A stretch of 64,000 bases of DNA from Octopus sinensis (lineage: Eukaryota). Below, piece by piece: positions 26,950-39,297 of the stretch (positions are counted from its first letter, which is position 1; the number at the start of each line of letters is the position of its first letter). Where the stretch lies: NCBI RefSeq assembly GCF_006345805.1, contig NC_042997.1, positions 176,204,001 to 176,268,000 on the forward strand. The letters are read 5' to 3'. The position numbers and the translations under genes are program-made. The notes beneath the pieces are model-generated. The model ran no database searches and was not told the DNA's origin. It saw nothing but the letters and a program-made list of their open reading frames with translations.

Positions 26950-28430
26950 ACCATGCTATTGGTGGTGATAATAATAATAAAGAACTAACAAGAACTTGTT
27001 CATGAAATGGGGAAATTGTTGATACTGTGGATGGAAGATCACATATGAATCTATACCCATAAGCCTACTGAAAATACAACCTAAATCTGGGAGTATTTTC
27101 AAGACTTTGAAGGTATAAATAAGATAAATACCAGGAAAGCTTTCATGTAAGCAATAGATGGTTCAGTCACTTCAAAAAAGATACAATCTGCAAATTAAAG
27201 AAGAAATAACAGATGTTAATAACTTCATATAATAATGTATGAAAAAAAAAAAAAAAACATATAGTACAGTACACACTAGTAGTATATTTAAAGTCTATCC
27301 CCATTCCCATCTTCTCAAGAAAGGTCAAAATATGTAAGTCTTCCGAGTTTACATCCATATTGACTTGTATATAGTTGGTTGGATCAGAACTGGATCAAGA
27401 CTGGGATAAGCAGGAGAGTCTCTCTTTTATACTTACACAAGGACAGCTTCTATAGGGCACCCCACTGCTTCTCTGGAAGGTGTATCTTGTGTGAAAAATT
27501 AATTTATATGGTTGCAACCCCACCTACTACACAGCAGAGTAGAACTAGGAAGAGGAAAGTAACCAGGTTTAATCCACCACACACTCTTGAAATTTCCATG
27601 AACATAGCGAGAAGTTTCCTAATATTGGTTTCAAATTTTGGCACAAGGTCAGCAATTTCAGGGGAGGGAATAAGTCACTATCTGTTTCTTTATTACCCAC
27701 AAGGGGCTAAACATAGAGGGGGCAAACAAGGACAGACAAACGGATTAAGTCAATTACATCAACCCCAGTGTGTAACTGGTACTTAATTTATCGACCCCGA
27801 AAGGATGAAAGGCAAAGTCGACCTCGGCAGAATTTGAACCCAGAACGTATTGGCAGATGAGGAATAAGTCAATATCATCAACCCCATTGCTCAACTAGTA
27901 CTTATTTTATCAACCTCAAAACGATGAGAGGCAATGTTAACCTTGAGGGATTTGAACTCAGAACATAAAGCTGGACAAAATGCTGCTAAGCGTTTTATCT
28001 GGCATGCTAATGATTCTGCCAGTTCATCACTTTGAAGTTCCTTAATGTTTATAAGACATCATTTCCTACCAACACAAAAATGCTATATACTCTTGAACTC
28101 CCACATCATTAAGGTCAGTAATTCCTATATGGACCACAGTGTAGCTTCCCAAATCAAACATTACAACAAACACATTCTTGTACAGTCACCACCACATCAG
28201 CCTGTAACTGTTGAAATCTGTCCACATATCCACTCAGGAAATCCTGCCTTTCTAAAGAAGTCAGATACCAAGTAACCAAAATACTTCATAATAATGAAAA
28301 GAATTTTACAGTTCTAATAGTGAACACTTTCAAGAGACACTTTCTTCAACATCACCACTCTTTTAGATAAAGGAACAATGAAAACTATATATCTGTCACA
28401 ATTCATCTAGAACTCAGAGACCAATGAACG
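26950..28430 (+). mobile_element. Degenerate Penelope-like element (RT thumb/linker and GIY-YIG region), interrupted by two SINEs at ~27645-28035
   Basis: RKRKVTRFNPPHTLEISMNIARSFL before the SINEs continues as IRHHFLPTQKCYILLNSHIIKVSNSYMDHSVASQIKHYNKHIL after them. This matches the recalled PLE RKR..WFNPP / KHFP...KVSYSCM linker. The left boundary is uncertain. Confidence 0.7.
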
Positions 28431-29308
28431 ATAGCCAGGCAGCTCCTATGTTGTCACTCAATTTTATATAAGTAGCAACCAAATTTTCCTTAAATTTCAC
28501 CCTAACATCTCAAACATACACATTGAATAATGTAGTCCAGGGTACACTTTACATTGAAAAAAAAAAATGGTATGGTCATAGTCTCAAGCTGAAGGTTAAC
28601 CTGAAAATAAATGGTTACTCATATAATTTATGATTAAATGCCTTTCTGTTTTTCTTTCTTTCTCCCTTTTTCTTTTTCTCTTTTTTCTTTTTCTTTTCTG
28701 ATAGAGATTTGCACATGAAGGATGTGCTACTACAATATAAGTTGACTATCTAGACACAATCTCTGTGATGGGCTATCACTGCAGTTCTCTATTAAATCCC
28801 ACAGGATTGAGACTATTATTCACCAGCCAAGACCATTTTGCCAATCACCATCTAGAATACCCATACCAACTAGGAAAATGCTAATGTTCAACTAAATGGA
28901 GCATGCTCTGAATACTGCAGGCTTTAGGCAAGGCAAACTGTACATCATGATCACAAAATAGATTGATGCATTGTGTCTTGTATGCATGACCTATGGATCA
29001 CATCATAAATCAAGCATACAAGACACAAATATTTTATCAGATACCTGTTTGTCATAGATCAGTTCAAGCATAAATAACCAAGACAACACAACACTGATAA
29101 AATTAATAATTGTGCAACTTTAGTGAAGAGTATAGTCAATTAAATTAACCATGGTAGTGATAATAGTGATTATAAAAGCAGTAGTTGTGAGTTCAAAGCT
29201 TGTTGCAAACATCATATCAAATAATGGTTTCAAATTTTGCACAAGGCCACAAAATTTGTGGGGAGAGGGTAAGTTGATTACATTCACCCCCCAGTACTCA
29301 ACAAGTAC

Positions 29309-29680
29309 TTACTTGTACTTGTGGCGACATTCACCCTGGGCGGGTTGAGTTGGCTTTTTCTACTCATGGAAGAAGTTTCATGGGAATATGTGGATTTCAC
29401 AAGCGGTCCCCGACAATCCTGCATGTGGAGACATCCTGTTTGCCGCAGATTGTCCGCAGACGCAGGGACAGAATGACCGAGGAGCCGCCGGTTGCCGAAG
29501 CAGACTCTCTGAGGATTTTCACCAGAGCCCCGTCTGCCGGGTTTTGGCCCTAATACCACTCGGTGTCAGACCAATCCGCCTTGGGTGGCCCTACCAGGAA
29601 CCGAAGTTCCTGACGTCATAGCTCTGACACTACCCGTTGCCAGCGTCCCCACCACGGTGAAGAGGGAATGGATTTTGGGG
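29309..29680 (-). mobile_element. 372-bp GC-rich non-autonomous RTE-derived element (5'-UTR-like head and CAAGTA-type tail) with a 13-bp TSD, inserted in a SINE
   Basis: ACTCAACAAGTAC is repeated directly at 29296-29308 and 29681-29693. The minus strand carries GAGCTATG...CCTGGTAGGGCCACCCAAGGCGG, which resembles RTE 5'-end motifs as recalled, and ends acaagtacaagtaa. Confidence 0.75.
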
Positions 29681-30826
29681 ACTCAACAAGTACATATTTT
29701 ATTGACTCCGAAAGGATGGAAGGTAAAGTCATCCTCAGCAGGATTTGAACTCAGAATGTAAAGATGGATGAAATGCTACTAAGCATTTTGCCCTGGATGC
29801 TTACGATTCTGCCAGCATACCACCTTGAACATCTTATTAAATAATACTGAGGCAAGACTCAGATTGTTTTTACTTCATTCACCAGAACTGAATATAAATC
29901 ATGCTTACATAGACTCAATTGTTGATTGGTTTAGTGTTTGAAAGGGCATTTGCTAAACTGTGGGGATATACCATCCAATATGAGTCAGGAGTAGACATGT
30001 TAAAATTACCACTTTTCTTCCAAAATATAAGAAAATTTACATTATTTACATTGTTTATATTATTTACATTTGATGGATATTTGTCCTCATCATGTTTGTT
30101 GTTAACGTTTCAGCTGATATACCAAACGAAACGTTGTGTTAACAACAAACAAGATGAGGACAAATATCCGTTGATTGTAAATAATGTAAACAATGTAAAT
30201 AATGTACATAATTCCTCATCTCTTAAATATAGAACTGTATAAGAAAATTTTGTTTTTTCCCTCTCTCTCTCTCTCATATGTGTGTGTGTGTGTACACACA
30301 CGTACACACACACACACATGCATGCATATAATTTCCATATTAATTGTTAAACATCGAAATTATTGATTGTTAACTTGAAGTTAATTAAATTGCTTAGCCC
30401 CATGTAGGGCCTAATTGAACCAACCTGATCAAAGAGATTTCAACCATGAGTATCTCATACTTATTAGCAAACTACATTATACAACATGTTCTTTCCTGTC
30501 TTCTGCTCCCACACTCACTTTTAATGAAAAGATAGTAGTGTATGTTTGGATAGAGATTTGGCTGCTATTTCTAGCAGGTTGAGCAACAGTTTAGAAGTTT
30601 TCTCATTGATTTGTTTAATTAAACATTATATTATTTTGAAGAACTAATAATTACTGATGGTTAACCAGTTTTATCGCTATTCAGATATTTTTTTCCCTTC
30701 TTGTTCCCTGGATTAAAAACTCAATTTCTTTCATACGTGCATGTTTTGCTAAATTCAAAATGTATGACATTTGCAGAATTATATAGAAGCTAACCAATTC
30801 TCTTTTATCCTAATTTATGTTTTCAG

Positions 30827-30970
30827 TAAGAGATACAACATGGGAGATGCTGCTAGTGAGCTGGTGCTACGAGGTTATCGTAAGATAATACCTCCTCCCA
30901 ATGGCCTACAGACACTGAAATACGCTTTTCCACATGTCGATAAATCTCTGGTGTACAGTATATGGATGGC
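30827..30970 (+). CDS. Host gene exon A (multi-CUE-like-domain protein): xKRYNMGDAASELVLRGYRKIIPPPNGLQTLKYAFPHVDKSLVYSIWM(A)
   Basis: Acceptor ttttcag ends at 30826 and donor GC|gtgagt begins at 30971. The 144-bp exon is phase 2 to 2 and open. It splices in frame to exon B, completing an L..AFP..D..(L/I).....A..D...A...L...GY CUE-like motif. Confidence 0.85.
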
Positions 30971-32289
30971 GTGAGTTTTTATTTTCTTTCTCCTCCCCTT
31001 CCTTCTGCTAATTGGTGCTAGTAGTTTTAGTATGCTGTTTTTTTGCGTTCCAAGTTTATCCTCATCATTTGATTGCAATCAGCTATAACTGAAACCTTAC
31101 TCAACTCAATATATATATATTATCAATCTTTTATCATAGAGGGCTCTGTATTATTATTTATCAGAAAGTAATAACAGAATTTATGATTCAACACGCAGTA
31201 TTTATTGATGGATTTTATTTATTTATTCATTCATTTATTATGAAATAGTGAATGGTTGAAACAGTGTTTCATTTCATAGAATGCTCAATAATATATTCTG
31301 AAAATATTGTTAAGTTACTTTATATGAATATTGTGAAAGAAACAATGGCCCTGATAATCCAGCAGTTGTAGTGATGGTGGCAACGGTGATTGTGGTGGTG
31401 GTGGTGGTGGTGGTAGATAAAATTGACTAGCTTTGAGGTTAAGGTACTAGACTACTGCTGACCACATAATGAAACTTTAGAACAACCATTTTTTTAATGC
31501 TCTGTCCTTGAATAAGCTATGCTTACTTCCGTTGCTTGGCTGACAAAAACTGGTTCTACTCCTATTTCATGTGTAGTTAACTCTAAGATGGATTTCCACC
31601 TTTGAAAACATTTTCTCCAACAAGATCTACTCCAACCATTATAGAATGGATAAAAAAGAAAGAAATGGAGAACAGGAAGGAGTAAAAATGGCTATCAGTG
31701 TTAAAAAGAATTGGGAAATACATATAAAGAGAAGATATTGATTACTCTCAGTTCTGCTGGAATAAAAGTAATAATAACTTGCAATAATCATCACCATCAT
31801 TTTCATTGCATGAACAAAGACAAGCCTCTATTACAAAAACAATGTTTTATGGTTGCAAGTTTGATTATGGATCACATGCTTTGCATGAAGTTTTCCTTTC
31901 CCTTCTAGGAATATTATTTAGTCAAAAATATCACGCCAATTAACATGTTTATTTGCAGTTACTGATTAACCTAGCACCATAAATGAAACTTTGTGTGGTG
32001 TAAGATTTTCACTTTCTCCTTTGTTAAATTTAACAAAAAAACTTGTTACTAGAACTGTTGTTGTTTTATAAGAAAAAATCTGTAAGTGGTGAAAATTGAC
32101 CCAGTGTAGGTGTAACTCTCAATCATCTTTGTTTCCTAAATAATAAAAAGAATTTTTAAATCACATTCAACCATGAAAATTTGTTCTGATAATTGATCCT
32201 GTATAGTTTCGGTTTGAACTACAGAAAAGTATTATAACAGTATTATAACATAGCAGATGATGCATTTTTAAAGTATTGTTATAGCTTGA

Positions 32290-33437
32290 TAGAAACTCCA
32301 TAAGACGTACCCAGTGTATGCTATGGACACATAAGAGGTGCAGTAATATCAAAGGAAGGTTAACTGGGAAGATAGTTTTTGTGTGTGGACATCCACAGGA
32401 GTAATAAACACCAAAGATGTACAGAAAACAGATTCCATCACATGCCAGGGGGAAAAACTAGAAGTAGTTAATAGCTTCTGTCACCTAGGTGACCAAGTCA
32501 GTAGCTGGGGTGGATGCTCTGAGAACATAGCTGCTAGAATAAGAATAACCTGGGCAAGTTCAGGGAGCTCCTACCTCTGCTGGTAACAAAGGGCCTCTTA
32601 CTCAGAGTGAAAGGTAGACTGTATGATGCATGTGTGCAAACAGCCATGCTACATGGTAGTGAAGCATAGGCTGTGACTGCATAGGCTTGAAAGAAATTAA
32701 ACTAGTATGCTCCGCTGGATATGTAATGTCAGTGTACATATACAACAGAGTGTAAGCGCCCTGAGAGAAAAGTTGGACATAAGAAGCATCAGATGTGGTA
32801 TACAAGAGAGACAACTGTGTTGGTATGGTCATATATTGCATGTGGATGAGGACAGCTGTGTGAAGAAGTGTCACACCCTAACAGTAGAAGGAACCTGTGA
32901 AAGAGGTAGACCCAGGAAGACCTGAGTGAGGTGATGAAACACAACCTTTGCACATTGGGCCTCACAGAGGTGATGACAAGCGACCGAGACCTTTGGAGAT
33001 ATGCTGTGATTGAGAAGACCCAACAAGTCAAGTCAGATCATAGCCTTGGCCATTGCCAATGTTGCATAACCGGCCCATTTAAAAGTACACTTCAATTGTC
33101 GGGCAATGTGCTGTGCTTGAGAAGACATGTTGAGTCAAGCAAAATCATAGTCATGACCAATGCCAATGCCGCCTGACTGGCACCCATACCAGTGGCACAT
33201 AAAAAGTACCATTTGAGCGTAGTCAATGCCAGTACCACCTGACTGACTCTTGTGCCAGTGGTACATAAAAAGCACCCACTACACTCTCGGAGTGGTTGGT
33301 GTTAAGAAGAGCATCCAGCTATAGAAACATTGCCAGATCAGATTGGAAACTGGTGCAGCCTCTTGGCTTGCCACTCCTCAGTCAAACCATCCAACCCATT
33401 CCAACATGGAAAGCAGACGTTAAACGATGATGATGAT
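32290..33437 (+). mobile_element. 5'-truncated, degenerate copy of the same RTE family (PHD remnant, RT C-terminus, 3' UTR, (GAT)n tail)
   Basis: Translates as RNSIRRTQCMLWTHKRCSNIKGRLTGKIVFVCG, GEKLEVVNSFCHLGDQVSS and MLRWICN...WYGHI...RGRPRKT. The 3' UTR ends ggaaagcagacgttaaacgatgatgatgat. Confidence 0.9.
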
Positions 33438-34724
33438 CAAGGTCATGAGTATGATGATATAAAGTGTTTGAAGATATCATTCTATCTTAATATATAAAGT
33501 ATTTGAAGATATCATTACAGCTTCATAAAGAATTCTTTTAAATCTGTATAATATGACCAAATATATTATGATCCAATACTACAGCATGATAAAGAATTTA
33601 AAAATCTCACAACAACTTTTAAATATTAAAGTTTGTAACTTTGATATTTGAAAACCATTTGAAAACCAAGATTTTCTGTTGCTTATCTGCTTCCATAACC
33701 CAATGATTGAAACTGAAAAGATAAAGTATTCTGCATGGTTATTTGATTAGGGTGTTGGATTATTGACTACATGTAATGGCTTCAAACACTTTGTTGCACC
33801 CTTATGGAAGACATATTGTTCTGCTTGCCATGATATGCTTTGCTGAGAATAAAGCTGAGTGGTTGGCAATCACAAGAGCATCCAGCTCTGTAAATATTTT
33901 CTCTAAGAATATGCAAACATCCAAACCCGATTAAAATTATTCAACTCATATCAGCATTCAAAGAATATAAAATAAAAACGATTAAAAACTGAACTATTAA
34001 CAAGAAAATAATTTTGTACTACTTCATACTATCAGTTCATATTAACAATCATATGTATGTGCACATTTGGATGATTCAAAACACTTTAAAGTTGTGATTG
34101 CTTTATTATTGACAGGCTAATTTATACTTAATTCATCACAGGCCCACAGCCTACAAATATCCAGATAGCTTACTGTCAAAGGAAATACTGCTTCTATGCC
34201 ACCCAAACAAAATAGTCACTTTAAACTTGTGGTGTGCTTAAAAAGAAAAAAAATTACAATTCTAGCTGAAATCTAGTTGAAATATCCAATTGGTTAGGTA
34301 TTCATTGATCCGTATTGGTTTTACTGTCTTTTGGCGATATTTTTACTACCTATCTAATAAATCAATATTCCATCTATGAGACTGATAAATGTCATGTACA
34401 TTGCATGATTGATTTTGTATATCCTGGTCTGTGGAAATATTTTAGCTAAATAGACTTTCAATGTTCACATGAATTCCACAGTGAATTAGGTTAATTTCAT
34501 GTAAATCATATTGAAATTTTTTGTTTACAGAAGTTACCAAGTCTTCATATTCTAGAAGAAATTTCATAAGGAAAAAGATATAAGAAAGAGAATAAAAATA
34601 ATGATTTAAAATTGTAACAGAATTTCTACAAATTTTTTGTTCTATATATGTTTTGTTCTGATTATTTTTAAACTTTCTGTGACAGTAACATATAAAAGAT
34701 TTAGCATCTTAAAGCACAAAGTCT

Positions 34725-34795
34725 CCTCCTCCTCCTCCTTCTTGTTGTTGTTGTTGTTGTTCTTCTTCTTCTTCTTATTATTATTATTATTATTA
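34725..34795. repeat. Compound trinucleotide run (CCT)n(GTT)n(CTT)n(ATT)n
   Basis: Read directly. Confidence 0.9.
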
Positions 34796-35231
34796 AGGAG
34801 AAAATGTACAATAGTTGTAGTGTTTAACACTGAGGTATTTGTGATATGAAAACATCTTGATTTTCAGCTTTATTGTTTGAACTAACTTATATTTCTCACA
34901 CTGGCACAAAGCTATGCATTTATAGAGGCTAGATCTAATCAAATGAAACCGATTTGATCCTCAGTTCATGCCTGATACTTATTTTATCACTCATAGAAGG
35001 AACGAAAGATAAAACCCAACCTCATCAGTTCTATGATTAGATTAAATCTCACTTCCATCCTTTGCTGTTGTTTGTATCCCATTTGTAGCTTCAAACATGA
35101 GAGTAAACAAGAATAACAGCTTGGTGCTGGAGGATTGAGAGGCTTTTTAAAACAGATTCTCTCTCCCTTTCTCCCTCCGTCCCCTAACCATCTGGTTGGA
35201 GAGAGAGTATGTGTGTGTGCTTGTGGGAGGG

Positions 35232-36464
35232 GTTGAAGTGAGAAAAACGTTTTTGTTATGAATGAATAAATAACAGGATCAGATATAGAAATCAATACCC
35301 CAGTGTACCTTATGTATTGATACTTCAGTGAGTTTCCTTAATGACTATTAAACAAGCGATATATCCCTATAATGTCTATATATTTACATCATCATTTTTA
35401 TTGACTCTTAATTAGATTTTGTCATGCTATCTGCCTTGAAATATGCCAACACTAACTTAACTATTGTTTTTGATACAGCTAACATCTTTGCAGTTAACCT
35501 CAGTGAATTATTTTTTTTTTTAAATATGCTAATTTTTCACATCATTTCATATAATATTGATCATTGTCTTAATGATTCTCTCATCACTACTATGATAAGC
35601 ATGGTAAAGACTATACTTTGCTGTACTACCGAAACATGTCCTGAATTGTCTCATATATCTGCTGAGCTAATGTCGCCTTTTCTTTGCCTCATAAATATTT
35701 GTAATTAATTTTTTTATGCTCATTACATTGAAAATGTTAACATTAACTTGAGTATACTTATTAATTTTAGCTAGAGCTAGGAAAGAGCAGTCAAATTTAG
35801 AAATTAACCTTATTCTTTTAGCTTTCAACTTTACCTTTTAATAATTGATCATATTTTTAAAATTTTATCTATCAATGTTTCTATGTTATACAAATTGTGT
35901 GTGTATGTGTGAGTTTGTGTGTATACAGAAACATTTTGAAACAAATGTCTCTGTCACAACCTATATCAATATTATTTATTTGTGTAACTTCTGCCATTCA
36001 TTCTTCTGGGATCAATAAAATATAGTACTAGTCAATGGCATCAACTAATCCCACCCACCAAAATTGCTGGCCTTCTGCCAAAATGCAAAACAATTATCAT
36101 CATCGTCATTATCCTCATCACTATTATTATTATTATTTACTTTTAATCTACATCTTTGTTACAGTCACTTGTGGAGATACACCCAGTGTCTTGGGGCGAG
36201 TGAAGGATAAGAGATGTTAGCTGTATCAAAAACAATAGTTAAGTTAGTGTTGGCATATTTCAAGGCAGATAGCATGACAAAATCTAATTAAGAGTCAATA
36301 AAAATGATGTAAATATATAGACATTATAGGGATATATCGCTTGTTTAATAGTCATTAAGGAAACTCACTGAAGTATCAATACATAAGGTACACTGGGGTA
36401 TTGATTTCTATATCTGATCCTGTTATTTATTCATTCATAACAAAAACGTTTTTCTCACTTCAAC
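35232..36464. repeat. Long inverted repeat: arms 35232-35487 and 36212-36464, 724-bp spacer
   Basis: Manual reverse-complement alignment shows identity over 253 bp apart from one CAT indel. Confidence 0.95.
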
Positions 36465-36670
36465 ACAGACATTTAAATGGATAGGGTTTTTCTAAGGATG
36501 TGGGCTATACTTGTCAGCACAATCTTTTGGATTTCTCTGAGACATGGTTCTCCTGGGATCTTATCTAGATGTTTCTGACATCCCTTTTTATCATACCTAG
36601 AGCACCTACAATAGCAGAAACAGTTCTTGTTTTAAGATGCCACATCTTTTGGGTTTTTAATTTCTAGGTC
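36465..36670 (-). mobile_element. 3' tip of an R4/Dong-like (RLE-type) retroelement, family A
   Basis: Highly similar to 39377-39586, which is the restriction-like endonuclease C-terminus. Confidence 0.75.
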
Positions 36671-36694
36671 ATTATTATTATTATTATTATTATT

Positions 36695-37773
36695 CAACAT
36701 TTGGTAGTTTCAGGCAAATTTCTACTGCATCACCTGTGACACCTCCATGTTGCTGGAATGTGTGCAGCATTGTGTGTTCTTTTGGTTGTTGGGAGTGTGC
36801 AAACGCTTCCCATTATTGTATTGCATCAGTTTCTTTTTTTAATGGGGGTGTAGTACAGCTTTTTGCTGTATTAATGTTTGTATTATGTGTTGTGTGTGTA
36901 GTGTGTTGGGTATTCGACCTGCTGGTGGTAGTTTATTTCATTGAATATTTGCTATATAGAGTGTGTCTTGTGTTTGTGGGTTGTTTTGTGTAGGTTGTAT
37001 TATTGAATTGATAATGTCTTGCATAGGATGTGGGCTATTCTCTAGCAGGGCTGTTTTTTGAATAGGTGTAGTGCTGAGAATCCAGGTATAGCTTCTATGT
37101 TTTTGTTCATATGTTTTTTTTATCATGCCCAATGTTCCAATTATTACTTGAATTGTTTTCACCTTCATACCCCACATCTTGAATATTTCAATTTCAAGGT
37201 CTCAGTACTTTGACAATTTCTCCACTTCTTTTTGCATAATATTTTGGTCAGAAGGAACTGCAATGTCTATCAGTAAGCAAGTGTTTTTTTTTTTTTTCCC
37301 CCAGTCATTGATTATTGTCTAGGAAATTAGCTTTTATTTCTTTGCTGGTTTGAACAAGCATATTCCAGATTATTGTGGCTTAGTCATTGTATTGTACCTT
37401 GTTTGGCACATGTTTATACTATTTATTGTCAGTTTTTATGTTGTAGTGTTGGCATATAGTCCAGTGGGTATAACTACTTACTCAGTCATGTCTGTATATA
37501 CATATTCAAATTTGGCATGCACTAGACAGCCAGAGATGATGTGGTTAACTGATTTATTGTGTTGGTTGAACATTCTGCATTTGGTGTTAGGGCCTGTTTT
37601 CAATATTTTGCTTTTATAGTTGTTGGTAGTCAGACACTGGTTTTGTGCAGTGAGAATCAGTCCCTCCATTTCGGCTTTTAGTCCTGAGCTTTTGAGCCAT
37701 TGTTTGCTTTTACTTAGGCTCACTTCTCTGTCAAGCCTTGCAGAGTATTGGCCATGGAGTGACTTTTCTCTCA
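36695..37773 (-). mobile_element. 5'-truncated R4/Dong-like non-LTR element, family B
   Basis: Translates as KSLHGQY...WLKSSGLKAEMEGLILTAQNQCL...KCRMF...HIISGC, LLIDIAVPSDQNIMQKEVEKLSKY*DLEIE and IIGTLG (CCHC remnant plus PD-(D/E)xK RLE). (TTA)n tracts lie at both ends. Confidence 0.85.
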
Positions 37774-37791
37774 ATTATTATTATTATTATT

Positions 37792-38350
37792 TCTCAGAGT
37801 TCTCACTCTTGTTTGCTCTGCTTGATTCTGTAAGAGTGGACAGCAACCTGTTGTCAGATGTCTCACAGGGTCTCTTTCCACAAATTATTAGCTTTGATAT
37901 CGAGATGTTAACTTATTGGGCAAGACACTCAACACCCAAGCACCAACCTCAAAGCCCTAACTGTCCCCAATCAAGCAGTTTTTTGGGGGCCTGCTCTGCT
38001 CTCATGTCAATTCCAGTTTCTCCAACATATTTCTCGAACCTGGTTGTTAGTGTTCTGAGTGCCCCTACACCTACTCGGATAACTCTCCTCATTGCCCACA
38101 TTCTTACAATTTCACCTTTTAGTAGTCTGTATTCTCCACCTTTTCCAGTTCTTTGTCATCTACATGGGCATCTTCATGTATGACAATAACTATGATTTTG
38201 GTTTCCTTTTTCCCTTTCATCCACCATATCAATGTCTGGTCTCTGAGCATTGTTTAGGGAGTCACACTGGATTGTAAAATCCCACAGAATCTTATATTCA
38301 TTGTCTTCAGTGATGCCCTCTGGTTCATGTTTGTACCGTTTCTGTGCTGT
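37792..38350 (-). mobile_element. 5'-truncated R4/Dong-like fragment, family C
   Basis: Translates as HEPEGITEDNEYKILWDFTIQCDSLNNAQRPDI; its 3' end abuts (TTA)n at 37774-37791. Confidence 0.75.
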
Positions 38351-38369
38351 GCCCATTATTATCACTGTT

Positions 38370-39290
38370 GTTATAATAAGGCAGCAAGAAGCAGGATCAT
38401 TAGCATGCCAGGCAAAATGCTTAGTGGCATTTTGTCTGTCCTTATGTTCTGAGTTCAAATTCTGCTGAGGTCAACTTTGCCTGTCACCCTTTCGAGGTCA
38501 ATAAATTAAGAGCCAGTGAAACACTGGGGTCAATGTAATCCACTCGTCTCCTCCCCCAAATATCAGGCCCTGTGCCTTTAGTTGAAAGGATTATTATTAT
38601 TATTATTATTATAAGGTAGCAAGCTAACATGATCATTAGCATGCCAGGTGAAATGCTTATTGGTATTTCATTTGTCCTTATGTTCTGAGTCCAAATTCTG
38701 CCAAGGTCGACTTTGCCTTTCAACCTTTTGGGGGTCAATAAATTAAATACCAGTGAAACACTGGAGTCGATGTAATTGATTATCCCTCCTGCTCCAAATT
38801 TCAGGCCTTGTGCCTTTAGTAGAAAGGATTATTATTATTATAAGATAGCGAGCTGATAGAATCATTATCAGGTTAAACAAAATGCTTAGTAGTATTTTGT
38901 GTTGTGTGTTCTGAATTCAAATTCCTCTGAGGTCAGCTTTGCCTTTCATCTTTTCAGGGTCAATAAAATAAGTACCAGTTGTAATTGACTTTCCTACTCC
39001 CTGAATTTGCTGGCCTTGTGCCAAAATTTGAAACATTATTATTATTATTTTTATTAGTAGTAGTATTATGAAAGTGGTGAACTAGCAGAATCATTATCAT
39101 GTTTGACAAAATGTTTCATCACATTTCTTCCAGCTTTATATGTTCTGAGTTCATATTCTGCTGAAGTCAACTATGCTTTTCATCCTTTTGGGAGTTTGAT
39201 AAAATAAGTACCAGTTGAGCGCTGCAGTCAATGTAGTCCACTAGCCCCCTTCTCCCAAATTTCAGGCCTTGTACTTATAGTAGAAAGAGA
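38370..39290 (+). mobile_element. Head-to-tail array of four SINE family a copies separated by (ATT)n
   Basis: The unit aagctagcagaatcattagc...ttctgagttcaaatt...ctttgcctttca...ataaaataagtaccag...agaaagga(tta)n is repeated four times. Other copies lie at ~6290, 24545, 27645, 27860, 29215, 41228, 52660 and 54640. Confidence 0.85.
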
Positions 39291-39297
39291 TTATTAT

